The notes below the pieces were generated by a model. It made no database searches. It had not been told where the DNA came from and saw only the letters and a list, made by a program, of their open reading frames with translations. The position numbers and the translations under genes were made by a program. From positions 19,902,001-19,966,000 of the forward strand of contig CM022673.1 in assembly GCA_012295275.1 (NCBI GenBank): a stretch of DNA of 64,000 nt, given 5' to 3'. Shown here one piece after another: positions 56,458-64,000 of this stretch (the first letter of the stretch is position 1; each line of letters starts with the position of its first letter). Source of the DNA: Chrysomallon squamiferum (lineage: Eukaryota; Animalia; Mollusca).

Positions 56458-56574
56458 TGTGAATTTTAGAACCAGGGTGGATTTGTTTCTTTTTGTTGAA
56501 AACTGCCTTCAACAATTCGCTGTTTTTGTAATGCTGAGGTCTCGATAACAGAACATTCGATGACCTGCTACCAA
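56458..56574 (-). CDS. Unknown - strand gene: 117-nt exon (GSRSSNVLLSRPQHYKNSELLKAVFNKKKQIHPGSKIH)
   Basis: gttttatatctacag| and |gtgagt; only the phase 1 to 1 frame is open. Confidence 0.6.
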
Positions 56575-56676
56575 CTGTAGATATAAAACACTCAGTACTG
56601 TAACACATACTGGAAATTGGGGATAATATTCTGATTGATTATTGGCAATTAAATTTTTCTGAAACTTAAAATGAAA

Positions 56677-56678
<2 letters not shown>

Positions 56679-56765
<87 letters not shown>
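56679..56765. repeat. (TC)n microsatellite
   Basis: Direct reading. Confidence 0.97.
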
Positions 56766-56768
<3 letters not shown>

Positions 56769-56895
56769 CGTGTGTATCTGTTTCAAATTTCAGTTCTGAA
56801 ATATAATAAATTATTCAGAATAATAAATTTTTAAGGAAATTTGATGAACCGAATGTTTTTATTTTGTGTAAAATATTTAATTTCTCATTACTTAC

Positions 56896-56945
56896 CATAG
56901 TGAGGAATATGTTTAATATTCCATGGTAATGTAGTTTTCACACTT
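56896..56945 (-). CDS. Unknown - strand gene: 50-nt exon (SVKTTLPWNIKHIPHY)
   Basis: gatttttgtttttcag| and ATG|gtaagt; only the phase 2 to 1 frame is open. Confidence 0.6.
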
Positions 56946-57059
56946 CTGAAAAACAAAAATCAGTTGTTATTATTATTTTTTTTTTTTCTTGAACTAACAA
57001 TAATGAAAACAAGAGTTTTAAAAATAGTGAATAACTGTAGGAAAATTATATATGTATTA

Positions 57060-57620
57060 ATAGTGAACCCCATTAAATATGGCTACGAACAGCGCCGGCC
57101 ATTCCACGACTGAGATATTTGCATTTGCCAGATTGCATGGCTAATCTCCAATTTGGAGTTAGTGCGCAGTTCTATTGAAATAATGTCGTTCCTAGTATGC
57201 ACAATAAAAGGGTATGACAGTTCTTCTTGTAATACTTGGTCGTCAAAGGTGTTTTGTGATGATAACTAATTCCGCCACAAAACACGATACTTCCCAATCA
57301 ATCAACTTGGACAACGCACTCATCGTGATACTGTTTTCCAAGATGACACCAAACACAGAGTCGTTCATCATCATTTCTAAGATGAAAATGAGATACTTCT
57401 GTTTCAGTGGGATAATTTAAACAAACATTCCTATAACGTTTAGAGAACTGGGCCAGTTTATGGATGTTAGATGTGCCATCCTGGATCTTGTAAGAGACCA
57501 TTTCGGTGCTGGTACTAACGTTAGTACATTTCCCGTGAATCGTGGTCATTGTGCGAGGAGCTGGTTGTATGCGATCTCATAAATGTATGCTGGTTTGAAA
57601 AGATCCTATTTTGATGTTGT
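57060..57620 (-). mobile_element. Tc1-like transposase relic
   Basis: SHFHLRNDDERLCVWCHLGKQYHDECVVQVD*LGSIVFCGGISYHHKTPL...VVEWPAL resembles DESRF..DGR.RVWR..GERY..C..GGGSVM.WGGI..WPA; stops and frameshifts present. Confidence 0.8.
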
Positions 57621-58087
57621 AACCCTCTCTTAATATAATAAATACCGCTTTATTCAAGTTTTATTTTAACGAGGAAAAATCCCCATATTGATGAATAAGG
57701 CCTTAAACTTTTGAGCGAAATCATAATCCAGCATATATATCAATTGCTGTTTCGGGTTTTTAATGATTTTAATAGTGGCATATTATTAGAAGTAAAAAGT
57801 TACATTGATTTTTATGTAAGGTATCACAATTTGCAACCAAAGATTTTAAAATGAAAAATTTATTGGGTTGTAATGGCCATTTCAAGATTGTAACGGTTTG
57901 GCATTTAACGATAAACTACATTGCTGTAATCTGCATTATTTTACATCGTAATGATAAATTATTAAGTAACAGAATTTGTATTAACAATTAAAAATATATA
58001 CGTATAAATCGTAATTATGATTGCTTTTAACTCGCATAGATGTTGGTGACTGATAAGCATTTAGTACGAACTCAGTCCCTTAGTATT

Positions 58088-58098
<11 letters not shown>

Positions 58099-58120
<22 letters not shown>

Positions 58121-58125
58121 GGGGG

Positions 58126-58212
<87 letters not shown>
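58099..58212. repeat. (AG)n microsatellite interrupted by a G run
   Basis: Direct reading. Confidence 0.97.
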
Positions 58213-58215
<3 letters not shown>

Positions 58216-58222
58216 ATTTTAC

Positions 58223-58256
58223 CTTTTACCACTAAATCCGTTGCAACAGACACCTC
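58223..58256 (-). CDS. Unknown - strand gene: 34-nt exon (GVCCNGFSGK-R)
   Basis: atttttttcattgcag| and AAG|gtaaaa; phase 1 to 2. Confidence 0.5.
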
Positions 58257-61200
58257 CTGCAATGAAAAAAATTCATACCGTTGATAAATAATAAACTCGT
58301 CAAAATAAACGAATTAAAGTACAAAAGAGGAATGAACTGTTATGAGGTTCTTCACAAACAGCGACACGGTATTTAATCTTCTTTACGGATTGTTCCATGA
58401 CAGATCTCCACGAATTCAAAAAAATAATTAAAAAAAAAAAAAAAAAAAATGTCCACCATTTGTCATATCGTTCAAAACATGATATCTTGCTAGCATGTAA
58501 TCCATTGATAACTAAACACGATAGGTCGATATCACATAACATCTCATATCTGTCTGTCTGTCTGTCCATTCGTCCAGTATGCCTGTCGTTTAGCGCTAGT
58601 TAGGTCCACCGAGCCAAACTCAAACCCATCCTAATGTAACAAAATGTCTGTCTTTTTGGCGACGCCTAATGCATATCTTAATCTATTGTTATAGAATGGT
58701 TAAATATTAAAACCATTATTGCAATCTCGGTTAAATTTTATTTCAAACTGTGTACTTCCATGCAAAATTAGTTTTTTTTTTTTTCTGTTTACATCGTTAG
58801 AAACCAATAACTAAACAAGTTTGCAGAATCTTTGTTACTTTAACGTACGAAACCAATATCATCGCAATGATCGTCAAAGGTACCACCCTTTCCCACCAAC
58901 GAATCCATGGTTGGTTCTAGATACCGTTGTACTGCTGCCTGAAAGAGATTAAGATTACGGGCGCTAGATTCCAACTAATAAATGCTTAAAAAGTAGTAAT
59001 TTTAAATTGTTGACCCTTATAATGCTGTTTTGCTTCTTGCTGAGAAATGCACAAAACGTTTATTTGTTCGCCAACGAACAATGTTGGCCGTTCCACTCGA
59101 CTGTCGCGGAGAATCGAGGAACAAAGAATAGGTAAATAACAACATTTTCAAAACTTTTTATTTTCCATTAAAATATATCCTCAAAAAGAGCAAATAAAGC
59201 AGATTAAAATGAAACCAAGATATCTTTGATAGCACTGACATGATAAAAGTTACGAATTTTTATCTTATAAAATTGAGTGGTATGTTTCCTTCAGGATCTG
59301 TGGAGAAACGTGATTCAATTCAGTAATTTGGCAATATAAACACTGAATATCTCATATAGTTTCAAACCACTATACAAGTATTATTTATCAAAATGAAACT
59401 TTAGATGAGTTCTGGAGCTATATATATATATGCATTATTTTTACTAAAAGTAAATATTGAATTTTCTTTTTCAGAACTACTGGATCGTAATAAATATATT
59501 TTTAATTGTATTTTAAAACATTTTTTATACTATCTGTTATTAGTTCCTAAAATATGATTTGGTAATAATAAATTCTGACGGTATTAGAATCAAAAACGTT
59601 ACTCAGAATTTCCGCTATAACGGAAGAAAAAATCAATAAATAGTTCGCTGTAATAGTTCTTACTTATTCAAAGACCGTTATGTTGTAAAAATAATATAAC
59701 GTGCAGGTATTTTGTGCAACTGGTCTCGTAATGTACAACTCTCATACCATTTCAGTTAACTGAGCCCATTACCAGAGGGAAAACAAAACATGTAAATGAT
59801 ATTTCTATTTACTGTTTCAGGTGATGTATGACTGTGTCACAGAACTTCACACTGAGTGTTAAATCAACACCAGCAGAAAACCAATACATCATCACCTTGT
59901 CAACTTTCCGTCTAATTGCCGTGATTCATTGGTATACGTTCACTAGTAATCAGAAAAATAACATTACAGGAGCAAATTAATCTAACACATTTGTAAAGCA
60001 GATTGTGCTGATTCATATCTGCTTCAGAATATACACTATAACGATTCCATATCCAGCCCAAGACTTAACAATCTGATTACACAGGCTTGTGTTACTATTA
60101 CAATATTTCGTAAAATGTTTTCTATAAGTTGTGATTAAAATTTCAATGCATTCGTTTTTCATAGAACTCAGAATTAGTAAAAAATACCGATAGTGAGAAT
60201 AACTGATAAATCTGCATTTTCTGCCTTGATAATTTAATATGGGATTAACAGTCAACTGTATTTTTCTTTGAATAATCTCAAAAACTTGTCACATTTGATA
60301 AGATCATATAATAAAACATATATTTTAACATTATATGTGTTACATTAATAATTGACATTTGTGTCCATTTTATATTCTTATAAGTTTACATGTGTGGAAG
60401 AAAAACAGTTTTAAAAAGCCTCTAAACAAGTTTGATCGAAAACATAATAAATGACTAAACAATATCTAAAAAAAAAAAAACTATTAATCCATCAAAATAT
60501 CGTTAACGTCATTATAGCATTGGCGGTGTGAAACGTGATTTGACATCAGTATGCTCATAAAAGTGTAGCATTTGTAAGAGTTCAGTTTGAAAAATTATAT
60601 TCTACATTACATCTATATTTTTTAGCAGACAAAATAAAAGTTCAACCTGCAAAAAGTATTGATACTATTACTATTAGTACCTTAAAGATAGTTTGCTGTC
60701 GTAATTATTAATTGTTCAAACGCTGTTATATTGTGAAAAGAATATAACGAAGAATGGTAGATAGTCTTCTTACTATAATTTATTTTCTGGCATGTATGCA
60801 TTAATGGTCATTTTCTGCTGTGTACTGAAAAATAATGGTGTCTTTTAAAACTATGTTTCACTAATTTAAAATTATAGTAAAAATGATTTTGACATATATT
60901 CGTTTACCAGTAATTTGAGTCGTAGTTTATGAAAATGAAAACCAGCACAAAAAAAAATGAAGCAAGATATCACTTCAAGATCAAAAGTTATCGAAGAGAT
61001 GATTAAATAATTATACAAAAACTACCATTTATGTAAGGATGTCCTAAGTTAGTTTTCTTCAAATTTAAATAACTTTATGAAACTCTGGATTTCTAAAGAA
61101 TACAACAGATAGAGTAATTGTTTAATGGGTTTTTTTTTTAAAAACGAAGTATTATTATTATTATTTATATTATTTGTTAAAATGGATATAATGCATTATT

Positions 61201-62341
61201 ATTGTTAAAAGGATACTTATTTTTTGTTAAATGAACGAGAAACGATATTTTTGGTAAAATGGACTACAAAAAACAACAACAAAAAATGTTCTCCTTTTCT
61301 ACGTGGTATTAAATTGGTCAAATTAGTTTGGTACTTAAACTTATGACTATATTCCCGTGACCAGTCATCGTCGAAAATTGTGACAGAAATGCATATTTTA
61401 CTTGAGAGAATTGTACATTTAGCGGGAGGGAATGACAAGTGCAGTTTATTCATATTATACTCTCGTCTAAAATCCTTACAGCATCAGGACACTCTCTGAA
61501 CTCCTGTATACAATATCGCAGTAGTAGTTTCATACTCGGTTGAATTAAAAATAACTAATTTCGCTTAAACAGATGGCTAATATCCGTATTTGGAAAGACA
61601 TATTGAAAAACACGTGTTTTCAAAATTAAAACAGTGAAAAAAAAAACCAAACAGAAAGGATAATTACCTTCTTCATTCATTACAAATGAAGTAAAAATTT
61701 CTATAATATTCACATCCTGTTGAACTCGACAGTGATTCCACAGCTCAGATTCACTTTTCACTATTCATTTGCCTTAACACTCTTTGCAGATATCACTTGG
61801 TCATTTCTTTGATGTGTGCAATTTCACATTTTTTCATCCAGATTTGGACTTCTTTATTTTCTAGATTTGTTACATTATCTTCGAACGCAACAGACAGATG
61901 GAACTGTAGAAAGCCTATCATTGCTTATTTCTTATTATGAGTGGTGATTATTGTTAAACTCATCAGTTCCTTTATCAGTAGATGATGGACAATACTTAAT
62001 ATTGTATAATTTTTGTATCAGTATCTTTGGATACCCTCAAGAAAAACAACTTAATCCAGTAAAAATTGACAGGTTTTTCCACAAATCAGGTACCACCTCA
62101 TTATTATACTGTGGGTATTACGACAACATCTGCATTTTCATCAGTTTCTCTATATGCAATATGACTCTTACGTTTTTCTGGCCCCCAGATATGGTTTTCA
62201 AATGCTAAGCAAATTATCGTATTACACCAAAAATAATATTATTGTTTTTGTAACTTATGGCTGATGTGTATGCATCCACAATTCATTTGTTATAAAGACA
62301 CGACATAAAAAAAAAAAAAAATTAAAAATTAAAAAAAAATG

Positions 62342-62342
<1 letters not shown>

Positions 62343-62424
<82 letters not shown>
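62343..62424. repeat. (AAT)n(AAAT)n microsatellite
   Basis: Direct reading. Confidence 0.95.
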
Positions 62425-62777
62425 ATGGTTCTGAGAAGGAATACCTAAAAGTTCTAATCAATTATTAATTAGTGGCCTCAGTAATGTTAGCAATTCTTAA
62501 TAAAAGTATTAGATATATTTTGTAATAAATTAAGCATTTAATTTAAAAAACGTAAGATAATAATAATAATAATAAATAATAATAATAATAATAATAATAA
62601 TAATCTTAAATTAATAAATAAATAAATGATGAACAGTTTAATAATTACTCTATTGTAATATTGTAAACCAATCCATTCTGTAATAAAGCTTGGTATTGTA
62701 ATAAGATTTAAACCTTTTTGAAATAAAATAAATTTTAAACAGTGCCACACGACTGATATATATGACTGCATTTTCCC

Positions 62778-62778
<1 letters not shown>

Positions 62779-62845
<67 letters not shown>
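62779..62845. repeat. (TATC)n microsatellite
   Basis: Direct reading. Confidence 0.95.
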
Positions 62846-63310
62846 TTGTCTATTTATCCATCTGTCTGTCTATATATCTGTTTATCTATGTATATCGAGT
62901 AATTCATAAATATATTTTTTTTTATTCTTCTACTTATTATTTACGTGGAATTTATAAATTTTGGTATATAGCTGACGTTATTCGCTGAATATTAACAATT
63001 GTGATTATGTACAAAAAATAATATAAATTCAGTTTCAAGTAACATTAAATGTAAGGTTAACTAAAAACAAAGTTAACAAAATCAAATTCTCGAAACGAAA
63101 TAGATTAACTCATTAGTTACATTCTACACTTTGATTATTTGCCCTTTTTTATACAGTGTGTTTTAAGAGGTAAACGGAAACTAATGTTTAAGAAAGATTA
63201 TTTGATTATTTTGTTTTGCTTTCTGATTCTTAATTTTGTGCATGGTATGATATAATAACATGATTTAAATTTTTAATCAGAAACTTTGTTCAGAAATGTA
63301 AAATACTCAC

Positions 63311-63365
63311 CGCCTGGTAATGTACTTGAAGGCCATATTAAACAAAGTGTGAACAGCAGCTTCAT
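63311..63365 (-). CDS. Unknown - strand gene: signal-peptide exon (MKLLFTLCLIWPSSTLPG); full exon 63311-63381
   Basis: ctttttgcag| acceptor, GCG|gtgagt donor, only one open frame, phase-1 end. Confidence 0.55.
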
Positions 63366-64000
63366 AGCGAACGGTTCAAACCTGCAAAAAGGACAAATGA
63401 GACATTATCAGCTTAACATGGTTGGATATCATTCTGGCAGCACATACGAAAACCTAAGCTCAAATCTAATAACAAAAAAATCTAATAACAAAAAAATCTA
63501 AAACCAGTGCAGAACATCCAGAAAATAACACGAAAATTCATAAAGGTCCAATTTAAAGCAAGAATCCAACCTACACGAATTAACTACATTTCACCTGGGA
63601 ATACATCATCAAGCTATCTGTGAAATTACTTCACGCAATACATTACACGGATGATACTTAGTGAGTTAATAACATATAATATTAATTGCACATGATAAAC
63701 ATTCAAATTTTGCATCCTGTTTTGTTCATGAAAAGAAATTACATTGGACTGTTTGCTGAAGACTCGAAGCAGCAACAGAATTTTTTTAAAGTTCACGATG
63801 GAACAAGCAGTGGCAATAACTTGGAAACATGTTTCAGTAGTTTGTAATTGCTTATGGCGTGCATATCTCTATTTGCCGGATAATCAATTTTATTTACGCA
63901 TACCTTCAAATAATATGCAAATCAGATATAAATATTTGTATACCATCATTCATAAAACTTAATTTATATTCGTAATACATTCATTAGATACTGGCACTTC

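Noticed and set aside
58849-58938. - strand exon candidate (AAVQRYLEPTMDSLVGKGGTFDDHCDDIG) with a strong acceptor
   Set aside because: Fully open only in phase 0. Fitting it needs weak donors here and in the 62204 candidate exon, so it is left out of the minimal model but not excluded.
59821-59931. + strand acceptor tactgtttcag| with a possible downstream donor
   Set aside because: Stops in all three frames; a non-coding exon cannot be supported from sequence alone.
61700-62204. Coding-like - strand stretch
   Set aside because: Multiple stops and no recognisable homology; only the 33-nt piece 62204-62172 is phase-compatible.

Overview
AT-rich animal genomic DNA, with spliceosomal introns, many microsatellites and decayed DNA transposons. 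It looks lophotrochozoan or mollusc-like, but the species cannot be determined from the sequence. The main feature is a complete + strand transmembrane adenylyl cyclase of the ADCY1/rutabaga (Ca2+/calmodulin-responsive) type. I assembled it by hand as 21 GT-AG coding exons (5576..48941, 5499 nt, 1832 aa). It has intact catalytic residues, an AC1-like C1b calmodulin-binding segment, a 30.6 kb first intron, and an approximately 780 aa low-complexity C-tail ending in a -TDV PDZ ligand. Two perfect CRE palindromes lie upstream. Downstream, a chain of small, phase-compatible exons on the - strand (63381 to about 52300) appears to encode an unrecognised secreted, Cys-Cys-containing protein convergent with the cyclase. 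The ORF track does not reveal it, and it is the most novel signal here, though tentative. Intron 1 holds several inverted repeats and hairpins plus relics of Tigger, MULE, hAT, LINE and other elements. All calls were made by eye, with no database searches.
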